From positions 1 to 46,673 of the forward strand of contig CAYUZY010000001.1 in assembly GCA_964448645.1 (NCBI GenBank): a DNA stretch of 46,673 bases, in the 5' to 3' direction. Under the pieces are notes generated by a model that did no database searches, was not told the origin of the DNA, and worked only from the letters and a program-made list of their open reading frames with translations. The DNA comes from an uncultured Flavobacteriaceae bacterium (GTDB lineage Bacteria > Bacteroidota > Bacteroidia > Flavobacteriales > Flavobacteriaceae). The translations under genes were made by a program, and so were the position numbers. Below are positions 18,813 through 28,485 of this stretch, piece by piece (position 1 is the stretch's first letter; each line of letters begins with the position of its first letter).

Positions 18813-20777
18813 ATTTTAAAAAAAAATAATAGCATAATCTTGAAATCAAAAAATAAAAACGGCTTAATTAAAGGGATTATAAAAATACAACCCTCTGGTA
18901 AAGGTATTTTTGAATACAAGAATGAAGATTATAAAATTGATAGAAAAAAAATTAATAAAGCATTAGATAAGGATATTGTTTTAATAAAAATATTAAAAAG
19001 AAAAAAGAAAAATAAAGCAGAGGTTATTAAAATAATAGAAAGATCAAATCAAAAATATTTAGGGATACTAGAAAAAGGAAATAAATATGGATTTGTTATA
19101 ACTAAAAATAAAAATATATATACTGATTTTTTTATAGAAAAACATAATTTAAATAAATATAAAAATGAAGAAAAAGTATTAGTGAAATTTAAATATTGGA
19201 ATAATAATGAAGAATCACCAACTGGCGAAATAATAGAATCAATAGGAAAAGCTGGTGAAACAAACACAGAGATTCATTCTATTTTACATGAATATGGATT
19301 AGCATATAAATTTGAAAAAGAAATATTAAAAGACGCAACTAATGTAAAAGGAGAAATTTCTGAGAAGGAAATTAAGAATAGGAAAGACTATAGAAAAAAA
19401 TTAACTTTTACGATTGATCCAAGAGATGCTAAAGATTTTGATGACGCGATATCTTTTGAACAAATTGATGAGAATAAATTTGAGATAGGAATTCATATAG
19501 CAGACGTAACACATTATGTAAAACCAAATACTATTTTAGATAAAGAAGCAAAAAACAGAGGAAATTCTACATATTTAGTGGATAGAGTTATACCTATGTT
19601 ACCAGAAAAACTTTCTAATAATCTTTGTTCTTTAAGACCAAATGAAAACAAATTATGTTTTTCTTTTATAGTTATATTAAATGAAAAAGGAAAAATAATT
19701 AAAGGAAAATTTGAAAAAACAATTATTAATTCTAATTATAGATTTGCTTATGAAGAAATTCAGGAAATAATAGAAAATAAAACAAAAAAAGTTTCTAAAA
19801 AAAGCTCTTTAACAGGAAAAGAATATGAAGTAAATGAAAAAGTTTATAAATCTGTTATAATACTAAATAAACTAGCTAAAAAACTGAGAAAAAAAAGAAT
19901 AAAAAAAGGGGCAATAAATTTCGAAAAACAAGAACTAAAATTTATACTTGACAAAAACAATAAACCAATAAATGTTTTTTTTAAAGAATCAAAAGAGTCT
20001 CATAAATTAATAGAAGAATATATGCTAATTGCAAATAAATATTTAGGAGAATTAATAAAAAAAACAAGAAGAGAATTTGTTTACAGAGTTCATGATAGAC
20101 CAGATAAAGAGAAGGTAGAAAACTTAAAAATAATAGTAGAAAAATTAGGTTATAAATTAAATACAGAAGACAAGAAATTAGGAGAGTCTTTAAATACATT
20201 GTTGAAAAAAACAAAAGGAAAAAAAGAACAAAATTTAATAGATAAATTGGCTTTAAGGTCTATGAGTAAAGCGGAATATTCAAATAAAAATATTGGGCAC
20301 TATGGGTTATGTTTTGAAAGTTATACTCATTTCACCTCTCCAATAAGAAGGTATTCAGATATTTTAACTCATAGGATATTAGAACAAGAGATAAACAATA
20401 AGCATAATCATAAAAATAACTTAGAGAATATTTGTAAACACATATCAAAAACGGAACAAATATCTGTAAAAGCAGAAAGAGCTTCAAATAAATTTATGCA
20501 AGTGCTTTATATGAATAATAAAATAGGGAACAGATATAAAGGAATAATTTCAGGAGTAACAGAACGAGGAATATATGTAGAAATAATTGAAAATAAATGC
20601 GAAGGAATGATTAATGTAAAAAACATGATAGGCGATTATTATATATATGAAGATAAAACACATTCCTTAATTGGGGAAAGAACAAAGAGGAGATTTCAAC
20701 TAGGAGATGTCGTTTACATAAGGGTTAAAAGAGTTAATGTTTTAAAAAGACATCTTGATTTTCAATTGTTAAAATGA
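18810..20777 (+). CDS. rnr: ribonuclease R (minimal form: CSD-CSD-RNB-S1); exact start uncertain
   Basis: RNB motifs TIDPRDAKDFDDA, HIADV and RPNENKL, plus a C-terminal S1 domain. There is no ATG near the N-terminus. If the -7 box is real, the start is ATA 18834, ATC 18837 or TTG 18840. Confidence 0.9.
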   Translation: MILKKNNSIILKSKNKNGLIKGIIKIQPSGKGIFEYKNEDYKIDRKKINKALDKDIVLIKILKRKKKNKAEVIKIIERSNQKYLGILEKGNKYGFVITKNKNIYTDFFIEKHNLNKYKNEEKVLVKFKYWNNNEESPTGEIIESIGKAGETNTEIHSILHEYGLAYKFEKEILKDATNVKGEISEKEIKNRKDYRKKLTFTIDPRDAKDFDDAISFEQIDENKFEIGIHIADVTHYVKPNTILDKEAKNRGNSTYLVDRVIPMLPEKLSNNLCSLRPNENKLCFSFIVILNEKGKIIKGKFEKTIINSNYRFAYEEIQEIIENKTKKVSKKSSLTGKEYEVNEKVYKSVIILNKLAKKLRKKRIKKGAINFEKQELKFILDKNNKPINVFFKESKESHKLIEEYMLIANKYLGELIKKTRREFVYRVHDRPDKEKVENLKIIVEKLGYKLNTEDKKLGESLNTLLKKTKGKKEQNLIDKLALRSMSKAEYSNKNIGHYGLCFESYTHFTSPIRRYSDILTHRILEQEINNKHNHKNNLENICKHISKTEQISVKAERASNKFMQVLYMNNKIGNRYKGIISGVTERGIYVEIIENKCEGMINVKNMIGDYYIYEDKTHSLIGERTKRRFQLGDVVYIRVKRVNVLKRHLDFQLLK

Positions 20778-21469
20778 GATTAAAGATTATAATATATATA
20801 TTTTTTTTAAGTATTATAAATTACACATATCCTCAAAAAGGATATGATGTTGATCGTAAAGCAATTTCAATTAAAGAGTTTAAGTCTTTAAAAGTTTACT
20901 CAGGATTAGACGTTAAACTAATACCTTCAAACAAAAACATGGTTTATGTGTACGGAGACAATATAGAAAAAGTAGTTGTTAATTTAAAAAGAGAAACCTT
21001 AAAGATTAAGCTTTCAGTAGAATCTATTTTTAATCCTGGATATAATTACATTGAAGTTTTTTTTAAGAAAAAAATTGAATTTCTTTCTGCATATCAGGGC
21101 TCAATAATTAGCAATAAGAAAACTATCAAATCGGATCAATTATATATTAAAGCAAAAGAAGGATCTAGAGTTTCAACTAAAATAAATGTAAAAAACATTA
21201 AAGCTAATGTTAGCTCTGGAGCAAAGATTACTTTTAAAGGGTCTTCAAATCAGCTCAACCTAAAAGTTAGCACTGGAGGATTAATTAACGCGAAAGGATT
21301 GGAATCAAATAAAGCCAAAGTTATTTCAATAGCCGGAGGGTTTTCATCAATCAGAGTAAGAGAGTTAGCTAATTTAAAAATTAATGCGGGCGGAAAAATT
21401 GAAGTATATGGAAATCCAAAAAGGGTAATTTCAAAATACACTTTGGGAGGAAAAATTTTATTTAAATAA
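20774..21469 (+). CDS. DUF2807 / head-GIN domain protein (putative beta-helical surface protein)
   Basis: Signal peptide followed by repetitive beta-strand pattern (VSSGAKITFKGS, VSTGGLINAKG, AGGKIEVYGNP). The family assignment is from memory. Confidence 0.6.
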   Translation: MRLKIIIYIFFLSIINYTYPQKGYDVDRKAISIKEFKSLKVYSGLDVKLIPSNKNMVYVYGDNIEKVVVNLKRETLKIKLSVESIFNPGYNYIEVFFKKKIEFLSAYQGSIISNKKTIKSDQLYIKAKEGSRVSTKINVKNIKANVSSGAKITFKGSSNQLNLKVSTGGLINAKGLESNKAKVISIAGGFSSIRVRELANLKINAGGKIEVYGNPKRVISKYTLGGKILFK

Positions 21470-21473
21470 AAAG

Positions 21474-21544
21474 AGGCATCGAGCGGATTCGAACCGCTGT
21501 AAAAGCTTTTGCAGAGCTCTGCCTAGCCACTCGGCCACGATGCC
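21474..21544 (-). tRNA. tRNA-Cys (GCA)
   Basis: The reverse complement folds with acceptor GGCATCG/CGATGCC, anticodon stem GAGCT/AGCTT with loop CTGCAAA (anticodon GCA), T arm AGCGG-TTCGAAT-CCGCT, and discriminator T (U73 is a Cys identity element). 71 nt. Confidence 0.9.
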
Positions 21545-21552
21545 ATAGCGAA

Positions 21553-21560
21553 CAAAAATA
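21553..21560 (-). promoter_or_regulatory. -7 promoter box (TATTTTTG) for tRNA-Cys
   Basis: Reverse complement of 21553-21560 is TATTTTTG. There are 8 nt to the mature tRNA 5' end at 21544. Confidence 0.45.
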
Positions 21561-21568
21561 ATAAATAT

Positions 21569-21934
21569 TTATTTTAAAGATCTTTTTCTTTTTCTCTTAA
21601 TACTGACTTCTTTTACATCGCCATCAATTGGAGGGTTTAATTTTGAAATTTGCAAGGAAGCTTTAGTTATAGAGGGAAAAGATTTAAAAAGAGCATTAAG
21701 AATTCTTTCACATACACTTTCCATTAAAGAAGAAGTAATACTCATTTCTTTTTCAATTAATTTATATAAAGAAGAATAGTCTATAGCGTCTATTAAATCA
21801 TCACTTTTAGCGGGTTTTTCCATATTAGTTTTAACCATTAAATTTATTTTATAATTGCCCCCTATAATATTTTCTTCTTTTAAGCAACCATGAAAGGCAT
21901 ATATTTTTATGCCTTTTAAATAAATTTTTCCCAT
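21569..21934 (-). CDS. folB: dihydroneopterin aldolase
   Basis: IYAFHGCLKEENIIGGNYKINL is typical of FolB. I moved the start to ATG 21934 (MGKIYLKG) because TTG 21943 is the end of a TATCTTTG box. Confidence 0.85.
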   Translation of the reverse strand: MGKIYLKGIKIYAFHGCLKEENIIGGNYKINLMVKTNMEKPAKSDDLIDAIDYSSLYKLIEKEMSITSSLMESVCERILNALFKSFPSITKASLQISKLNPPIDGDVKEVSIKRKRKRSLK

Positions 21935-21940
21935 ATTTTT

Positions 21941-21948
21941 CAAAGATA
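21941..21948 (-). promoter_or_regulatory. -7 promoter box (TATCTTTG) abutting the folB start; leaderless candidate
   Basis: Reverse complement of 21941-21948 is TATCTTTG. There are 6 nt to ATG 21934. Confidence 0.45.
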
Positions 21949-21986
21949 TAAACTCTATTTATAAAAGGTTTAAAAAACCAAATCAA

Positions 21987-21994
21987 TATATTTG
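21987..21994 (+). promoter_or_regulatory. -7 promoter box (TATATTTG) for glnS
   Basis: TATATTTG with 15 nt to ATG 22010. The track start TTG 21992 lies inside the box. Confidence 0.45.
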
Positions 21995-22009
21995 TTGAGG
22001 TTTTATTTT

Positions 22010-23671
22010 ATGAAAAAAGGGATAAATTTTATAGAGCAGATTGTTAAACAAGATCTATTAAGCGGTTTTAATAAAAAAAACTTAAAATTTAGATTTCCTC
22101 CTGAACCAAATGGGTTTTTACATATTGGACACGTAAAAGCGATATGTTTGAATTTTAATCTTGGAAAAAAGTATGGGGCACCTGTAAATCTTCGGTTTGA
22201 CGACACTAACCCTGTTAAAGAAGATAAAAAATTTGTGGATGCAATAAAAAAAGATATTTCGTGGTTAGGATATAAGTGGGAAAAAGAATGTTATGCATCT
22301 GATTATTTTGAGCAGTTATATAAATGGGCACATTATCTAATTGAAAACAATTTAGCATATATTGATTCTCAAAACTCAGAACAAATAGCCTTACAAAAAG
22401 GAACGCCTACAAAATCAGGAACAAACAGTCCATACAGGAATAGAAGTGTAAAAGAAAATAAAGATTTATTTACAGGAATGTTTAAAGGGGAGTTTAAGGA
22501 AGGAGAACATGTCTTAAGAGCTAAAATTGATATGGCATCATCAAATATGCTTTTAAGAGATCCAGTAATTTATAGGGTTCTTTATCAAGAACATCATAGA
22601 ACAAAAAATCTGTGGTGTATATATCCTTTATATGACTGGACCCATGGCCAATCTGATTATATTGAGCAAATTTCACATTCGCTTTGCACTCTAGAATTTA
22701 AACCTCATAGAGACTTATATGACTGGTTTCTAGATTCAATATCTCCTTTAAAAAAATTAAGACCAAAACAAAGAGAATTCGCTAGATTAAACCTTTCATA
22801 TACGGTAACCTCAAAAAGAAAATTATTTGAATTAATTGAAAAGAAATATGTTAATGGATGGGATGATCCAAGAATGCCAACGATTTCTGGTTTAAGAAAA
22901 AGAGGTTATACGCCAGAGTCTTTAAGAAAATTTGTAGAATTAGCAGGGGTATCAAAAAGAGAAAACTTAATAGACCTTTCTCTTCTGGAATTTTCAGCTA
23001 GAGAACATCTTAATTTAGTTTCCCCAAGGGTAATGGCTGTATTAAACCCCGTTAGATTAATTATAAAAAATTATCCTGAGAATCAGGATGAAATTTTAGA
23101 GGGAGAGATTAATCCTGAAAAGCCAGAACTTGGAAAAAGAAAAATGCCTTTTTCAAAAGAACTTTATATTGAAAAAGAAGATTTTAAAGAAGAGGCCAAC
23201 AGAAAATTTTATAGACTTTCAATAGGAAAAGAGGTTAGGTTAAAAAATGCTTATATAATAAAAGGAGAGACTGTAGTAAAAAATAATGATGGAACAATTA
23301 AAGAAATTATATGTTCATATGATCCTAAAAGTAAAAGCGGAAGTGGATCTGAAGAAAGCAAAAGAAAAGTTAAAGGAACAATTCATTGGGTTACAGTTAA
23401 ACATTCTTTAAATGCAGATGTTAATGTTTATGATAGGCTTTTTATGGTCCCTTCTCCAGATCAGAATAAAGAAATTGATTTTAAAGAGTTTATTAACCCT
23501 AATTCATTAAAAACTGTTAATGGTTTCGTCGAACCAAGTTTATCTATGGCTTTAAAAGGAAATCATTTTCAATTTCAAAGATTAGGGTATTTTATTTTAG
23601 ATGAAATTAATAATGAAAAATTAATTTTTAATAAAACGGTAGGATTAAGAGATAATTGGTCTAAGAAATAA
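22010..23671 (+). CDS. glnS: glutamine--tRNA ligase
   Basis: Class I motifs HIGH (FLHIGHVKA) and KMSKS-like (VTSKRK), with GlnRS-type length and C-terminal beta-barrels. Confidence 0.93.
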   Translation: MKKGINFIEQIVKQDLLSGFNKKNLKFRFPPEPNGFLHIGHVKAICLNFNLGKKYGAPVNLRFDDTNPVKEDKKFVDAIKKDISWLGYKWEKECYASDYFEQLYKWAHYLIENNLAYIDSQNSEQIALQKGTPTKSGTNSPYRNRSVKENKDLFTGMFKGEFKEGEHVLRAKIDMASSNMLLRDPVIYRVLYQEHHRTKNLWCIYPLYDWTHGQSDYIEQISHSLCTLEFKPHRDLYDWFLDSISPLKKLRPKQREFARLNLSYTVTSKRKLFELIEKKYVNGWDDPRMPTISGLRKRGYTPESLRKFVELAGVSKRENLIDLSLLEFSAREHLNLVSPRVMAVLNPVRLIIKNYPENQDEILEGEINPEKPELGKRKMPFSKELYIEKEDFKEEANRKFYRLSIGKEVRLKNAYIIKGETVVKNNDGTIKEIICSYDPKSKSGSGSEESKRKVKGTIHWVTVKHSLNADVNVYDRLFMVPSPDQNKEIDFKEFINPNSLKTVNGFVEPSLSMALKGNHFQFQRLGYFILDEINNEKLIFNKTVGLRDNWSKK

Positions 23672-23673
23672 AA

Positions 23674-24618
23674 CTATTTTTCTTCTTTTTTATTCGGGTT
23701 TTGTTCTTTTTTATTTTGTTTTTTCATTTCTTCTCCAATTTGATTACTTGCTGTAAAAGAAGCAACCATATTATTTAACATTTCACTTCCTGCTTGAGGA
23801 GAGTTAGGGAGTAAAATTAAATTACTATTGGTGTTTTCTCCAACAGCTTGTAGAGTGTCATAATGCTGAGTTACAACAATTAAAGCAGATGCTTCTTGAG
23901 AATTTATACCAACCTTATTTAAAACATCTACAGATTCTTCAAGCCCTCTAGCAATTTCTCTTCTTTGGTCAGCAATCCCTTGTCCTTGTAGCCTTTTACT
24001 TTCAGCTTCAGCTTTTGCTTTTTCTACAATTCTAATTCTTTCTGCATCTCCTTCGTATTGTGCTGCTACTTTTTTTCTTTCAGCAGCATTAATTTTATTC
24101 ATAGCGGATTTAACTTCAGTATCTGGATCAATATCTGTAACAAGAGCTCTTATTATATCATAACCATAGTTAGTCATAGCGTCATTTAATTCTCCTTTAA
24201 CAGAGTTAGCTATTTCGTCTTTTTTTTCGAAAACATCATCTAATTTCATTTTTGGCACAACAGCTCTTACAACATCAAAAACATAAGAAGTAATTTGATC
24301 TTGAGGAAAATCTAATTTATAAAAAGCTTCATATACTTTGTTTTCTATTACTTTATATTGGACAGAAACTTTTAATTTAACAAAAACATTATCACTTGTT
24401 TTGGTTTCAACTGTTACGTCTAGCTGAAGAACCCTTAAACTAATTCGCCCTATAATTTTGTCTATAATTGGAATTTTAATCTGAAGTCCTGAATGTCTTA
24501 TGCTTGAAAATCTACCAAATCTTTCGATTATTGCAGCTGTTTGCTGTTTGACCATAAAAAAGGACAAAAAAAGTAATAGAATAATTGCGCCAATAATTAT
24601 TGAAGTTGATGTAGACAT
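23674..24618 (-). CDS. SPFH/Band 7 (stomatin/prohibitin-like) membrane protein
   Basis: N-terminal TM helix, SPFH core, a coiled-coil AERKKVAAQYEGDAERIRIVEKAKAEAE region and a charged tail. Confidence 0.85.
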   Translation of the reverse strand: MSTSTSIIIGAIILLLFLSFFMVKQQTAAIIERFGRFSSIRHSGLQIKIPIIDKIIGRISLRVLQLDVTVETKTSDNVFVKLKVSVQYKVIENKVYEAFYKLDFPQDQITSYVFDVVRAVVPKMKLDDVFEKKDEIANSVKGELNDAMTNYGYDIIRALVTDIDPDTEVKSAMNKINAAERKKVAAQYEGDAERIRIVEKAKAEAESKRLQGQGIADQRREIARGLEESVDVLNKVGINSQEASALIVVTQHYDTLQAVGENTNSNLILLPNSPQAGSEMLNNMVASFTASNQIGEEMKKQNKKEQNPNKKEEK

Positions 24619-24622
24619 AGGT

Positions 24623-26110
24623 TTAAGAGTTTAATTTAGACATGAGTTTTTCAATTCTTTTTAAAGATACATTTTTTCCAATTATTTTAATTATTGAAAA
24701 AAGATCAGGGCCTTTTAATTCACCAACTATTGCTATTCTTAAAAGCTGCATTAAAAATCCAAGTTTAATATTATTTTTACTTCCATAATTGACAATTTCA
24801 GTTTTTATTTTTCCAGACTCTTCTGATGAATAAAAGATTTGTTTAAAATCTTCTAATATTTTTAAGGAAGCTTTATTTTCAATTATTTTTTCATTTAAAT
24901 TATTATAATCAGGGTTTTCAGAAAAAAACAAAGTTTCTTTTTTTAAATCAGTTATGAGCGTAAGTCTGTTTTTAACTAGTGAAATAATAGTTAATATTTC
25001 CTCTTTTTTAAATAAGTTATTTAAAGGTTCTAAATTTTTTTTTGAAATTTTTAAAAGACTTTCACTTGGAAGGGTTTTAATATGATTGTGGTTTATCCAT
25101 TTAGCTTTTTCATAATCAAATTTTGCGCCGCTTTTTTGAATTTTTTGAAAGTCAAAAACATTTTCTAGTTCTTTTAAAGAGTAGATTTCTTTTTCAGTAT
25201 TGTCATTCCATCCTAAAAGAGCAAGGTAGTTTATTAAACCATTTGGCAAAAATCCAATTTCTTTATATCCCATTTTTTCTTTTTTCCAGGATAAAGGAAA
25301 AACAGGAATACCCATTTTTTCAGAATCTCTTTTTGAAAGTTTCCCCTTTCCTGTGGACTTAAGAATAAGAGGAAGATGCATAAAGTCTGGACAATTCCAT
25401 TTAAAGGATTGATATAATAATTTATGAAAAGGTAGTGAAGGGAGCCATTCTTCACCTCGAATTACAGTAGTAATTTTCATTAAACGATCATCAATTACGT
25501 TAGCGAAATGATAAGTTGGCATTCCATCACTTTTAATTAATACTTTATCATCTAAAGTATTAGTATTAACTTTTATATATCCTCTTATTTTGTCTTCTAC
25601 AGAAACTATTTTATTTGGATCAACTTTTAGTCTTATTACAAATGAATTTTTTTGTTTTAATTTCTCGCTTTCTTGATTAGATAGGGTTAGTGAATTTTTA
25701 AGTTTTTTCCTGCTTAGATGATCATATTTAAAAGTTTCCCCTTTTTTTTCATATTCTGCTCTAAGATGATTTAATTCTTCATCACTATCAAAAGCATAAT
25801 AAGCTTTTTTATTTTCAATTAATTTTAAAACATAACTATTGTAAATTTTTTTTCTTTCACTTTGTCTATACGGGCCATAATTTCCTTCATTGTTTGGACT
25901 TTCGTCTGGATTAATTCCAGCCCATTTAAGAGATTTGTTTATATACTCTTCACTTTCTTTAATATATCTACTTTGATCGGTATCTTCTATTCTAAGGATA
26001 AAAGAGCCTTTATTTTTTTTTGCAAAAAGATAATTGTATAATGCTGTTCTAAGCCCACCTATATGAAGAGGGCCCGTAGGACTTGGTGCAAATCTAACTC
26101 TACAACTCAT
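24623..26110 (-). CDS. gltX: glutamate--tRNA ligase
   Basis: RFAPSPTGPLHIGG (HIGH) and KLSKR (KMSKS) motifs. 495 aa. Confidence 0.95.
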   Translation of the reverse strand: MSCRVRFAPSPTGPLHIGGLRTALYNYLFAKKNKGSFILRIEDTDQSRYIKESEEYINKSLKWAGINPDESPNNEGNYGPYRQSERKKIYNSYVLKLIENKKAYYAFDSDEELNHLRAEYEKKGETFKYDHLSRKKLKNSLTLSNQESEKLKQKNSFVIRLKVDPNKIVSVEDKIRGYIKVNTNTLDDKVLIKSDGMPTYHFANVIDDRLMKITTVIRGEEWLPSLPFHKLLYQSFKWNCPDFMHLPLILKSTGKGKLSKRDSEKMGIPVFPLSWKKEKMGYKEIGFLPNGLINYLALLGWNDNTEKEIYSLKELENVFDFQKIQKSGAKFDYEKAKWINHNHIKTLPSESLLKISKKNLEPLNNLFKKEEILTIISLVKNRLTLITDLKKETLFFSENPDYNNLNEKIIENKASLKILEDFKQIFYSSEESGKIKTEIVNYGSKNNIKLGFLMQLLRIAIVGELKGPDLFSIIKIIGKNVSLKRIEKLMSKLNS

Positions 26111-26166
26111 TTATGTAAAGATAAGAGCTTATTTAAAATGAATTCTAATTAAAATCACATTTCGAC

Positions 26167-26174
26167 TATCTTTG
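26167..26174 (+). promoter_or_regulatory. -7 promoter box (TATCTTTG) for ybeY-mnmG
   Basis: TATCTTTGTAATTT is identical to the lepA promoter 14-mer. There are 13-22 nt to the ATC/ATA/ATT/ATT run at 26188-26199. Confidence 0.5.
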
Positions 26175-26187
26175 TAATTTAAATTAT

Positions 26188-26619
26188 ATCATAATTATTA
26201 CAATAAACGACATACCAGCTATTATTGATTTAAAAAAGATAAAACTTTTAATTATAAACTTTGTTTTTAATGAAGGGTATGAGGTAAAAAAAATTGATTA
26301 CAACTTTGTTTCAAAAACTAAAATTTTAAAAATTAATTCTAAATATTTAAATCATAAATCAGAAACAGATATTTTAACATTTGATTATTCAACATCAAAA
26401 AAAATCGAAGCAGAAATTTATTTGTGTTATTCAGTTATCAAAAAACACGCAAAGGAAAACAGACAAAGGGTTGAAAATGAGCTAGTTAGAGTCATGATAC
26501 ATGGTGTTTTACATTGTATGGGTTATAATGATAAAGTAGATAATGAAAAAATGTTGATGGCGGAGAAAGAGGATCTTTTTTTAAAAATGTTCCACGTGAA
26601 ACATTATAATCATGTTTGA
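26188..26619 (+). CDS. ybeY: rRNA maturation RNase YbeY; no canonical start codon (ATC/ATA/ATT start inferred)
   Basis: The frame is open from 26149. It translates to ...IIIITINDIPAIIDL...IDYNFVSKTKILKINSKYLNHKSETDILTFDY...HGVLHCMGYND, a full-length YbeY of about 143 aa. The track ORF (TTG 26422) keeps only the last 65 aa. There is no ATG/GTG/TTG between 26149 and 26422. Confidence 0.75.
   Translation: MIIITINDIPAIIDLKKIKLLIINFVFNEGYEVKKIDYNFVSKTKILKINSKYLNHKSETDILTFDYSTSKKIEAEIYLCYSVIKKHAKENRQRVENELVRVMIHGVLHCMGYNDKVDNEKMLMAEKEDLFLKMFHVKHYNHV
26586..26603 (+). repeat. copy A of an 18-nt motif, AATGTTCCACGTGAAACA (inside the ybeY 3' end, 8 nt before the mnmG ATG)
   Basis: 17 of 18 positions are identical to 28486-28503. 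The offset is exactly 1900 nt. Confidence 0.8.
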
Positions 26620-28483
26620 GAAAAAATTCGATGTTATTGTTGTAGGTGGAGGTCATGCTGGATGTGAGGCCGCCGCAGCCTCTGCTAATCTTGGTTCAAA
26701 GACGTTATTAATAACTATGAACTTGCAAACTATAGGCCAAATGTCTTGTAATCCGGCTATGGGAGGCATAGCTAAAGGCCAAATAGTTCGAGAAATAGAT
26801 GCGTTAGGGGGTTATAGCGGAATTGTTTCTGATAAAAGCGCGGTTCAATTTAAAATGCTAAATCAATCAAAAGGACCTGCTATGTGGAGTCCACGAGTTC
26901 AATCGGATCGACAATTATTTTCTGCAAAATGGCGCCAGACACTTGAAAACACAAAAAATTTAGATTTTTATCAAGAAATGGTAACGGATGTCATTGTAAA
27001 AAAAAATAAAATTACAGGAGTCGAAACAAGTTTAGGAATAAAAATTTATTCTGATACAGTAATTTTAACAAATGGGACATTTTTAAATGGCAAAATCCAT
27101 ATTGGAGAAAAAAATTTTCAAGGAGGTAGAGCTGGAGAAAAATCTTCTTTAGGACTTACGAGTAGCCTCTTAAAATTAGGTTTTGTTTCTGGAAGAATGA
27201 AAACAGGAACGCCTCCTAGAGTTGATGGAAGATCATTAGATTATAATAAAATGGAAGAACAGCCTGGAGATAAAGATCCATCAAAATTTTCATTTTCAAA
27301 TAAAACTAAACCATTAAAATCTCAAATTAGCTGTCATATTACTCATACAAATGAACGTGTACATGATTTATTAAGAGAAGGTTTTGACAGGTCACCTATG
27401 TTTAATGGGAATATTGAAAGCATAGGCCCCAGATACTGCCCTTCTATTGAAGATAAAATTAATCGTTTCAGTGATAAATCAAGTCATCAAATTTTTGTTG
27501 AACCAGAAGGGTGGAATACGATAGAAGTATATGTTAATGGATTTTCAACCTCTTTACCGGAAGATATTCAGTTTAACGCTCTAAGAACAATTTCTGGTTT
27601 TGAAAGGGTTAAGCTTTTTAGACCGGGATATGCTATAGAATATGATTTTTTTCAACCTACTCAACTTTTTAACACCTTAGAAACCAAATTAATTAACGGA
27701 TTGTATTTTGCAGGGCAAATAAACGGAACAACTGGTTATGAAGAGGCTGCTGCACAGGGACTGATTGCAGGAATTAATGCTAGTTTAAAGACAAACAATA
27801 AAGATCCTTTTGTTTTAGATCGAGACGAGGCCTATATTGGCGTTTTGATTGATGATTTAATTTTAAAAGGAACAGAGGAGCCATATAGAATGTTTACTTC
27901 TAGAGCAGAGTATAGAACTTTATTAAGACAAGACAACGCTGATCAAAGGTTATCTCCTAAAGGATATAAACTAGGATTAATTTCTTCAAAAAGAATGACC
28001 GCATTAGAAAATAAAATTAAAAAAAAGGAAATTGTAACTAAATATTTATATTCTACAAGTTTTGAAATTAAATCTGTAAATTCATTTTTAGCTTCTAAAG
28101 ATGAAGTCTTAGTTAAGCAGCCAGATAAATTTTCTAAATTACTTGCAAGGCCTAATGTAAAAAGAAAGGATATAAAAACCCTAAAACCATTAAAAGAATA
28201 TTTAATAAAAGAAAAAATCTCTGATGATATTTTAGAGCAAGTAGAAATAGATATTAAGTATTCTGGTTATATTGAAAAAGAAAAAAGAAACGTTGAGAAA
28301 TTAAGTAGACTAAAGAATATAATAATTCCAAAAAAATTTAATTTTGACGAATTACCTTCTTTGTCTTTTGAAGCCAAAGAAAAGCTAAATAAAATTAGAC
28401 CTGAAACACTTGCGCAAGCATCAAGGATAAGCGGAATTAAACCAAGTGATATAAGTGTTTTATTAGTCTCAATGGGAAGATAA
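26612..28483 (+). CDS. mnmG: tRNA uridine-5-carboxymethylaminomethyl(34) synthesis enzyme MnmG (GidA)
   Basis: FDVIVVGGGHAGCEAA FAD fold, NPAMGG, GPRYCPS and GQINGTTGYEEAAAQG motifs. 623 aa. Confidence 0.97.
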   Translation: MFEKKFDVIVVGGGHAGCEAAAASANLGSKTLLITMNLQTIGQMSCNPAMGGIAKGQIVREIDALGGYSGIVSDKSAVQFKMLNQSKGPAMWSPRVQSDRQLFSAKWRQTLENTKNLDFYQEMVTDVIVKKNKITGVETSLGIKIYSDTVILTNGTFLNGKIHIGEKNFQGGRAGEKSSLGLTSSLLKLGFVSGRMKTGTPPRVDGRSLDYNKMEEQPGDKDPSKFSFSNKTKPLKSQISCHITHTNERVHDLLREGFDRSPMFNGNIESIGPRYCPSIEDKINRFSDKSSHQIFVEPEGWNTIEVYVNGFSTSLPEDIQFNALRTISGFERVKLFRPGYAIEYDFFQPTQLFNTLETKLINGLYFAGQINGTTGYEEAAAQGLIAGINASLKTNNKDPFVLDRDEAYIGVLIDDLILKGTEEPYRMFTSRAEYRTLLRQDNADQRLSPKGYKLGLISSKRMTALENKIKKKEIVTKYLYSTSFEIKSVNSFLASKDEVLVKQPDKFSKLLARPNVKRKDIKTLKPLKEYLIKEKISDDILEQVEIDIKYSGYIEKEKRNVEKLSRLKNIIIPKKFNFDELPSLSFEAKEKLNKIRPETLAQASRISGIKPSDISVLLVSMGR

Positions 28484-28485
28484 AT

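Noticed and set aside
26116-26123. A -7 box for gltX (TATCTTTA, 5 nt before ATG 26110).
   Set aside because: It has one mismatch to TAnnTTTG (final G replaced by A), so I did not list it as a promoter feature. I mention it only as a near-match in the leaderless finding.
26530-26565. The YbeY metal site reads HGVLHCMGYND, with Asp where the third His of the canonical H-x3-H-x5-H motif would be.
   Set aside because: As far as I remember, Bacteroidota YbeY proteins commonly have HGxLHLxGxxD with Asp at this position. It is probably lineage-typical rather than a loss of function.
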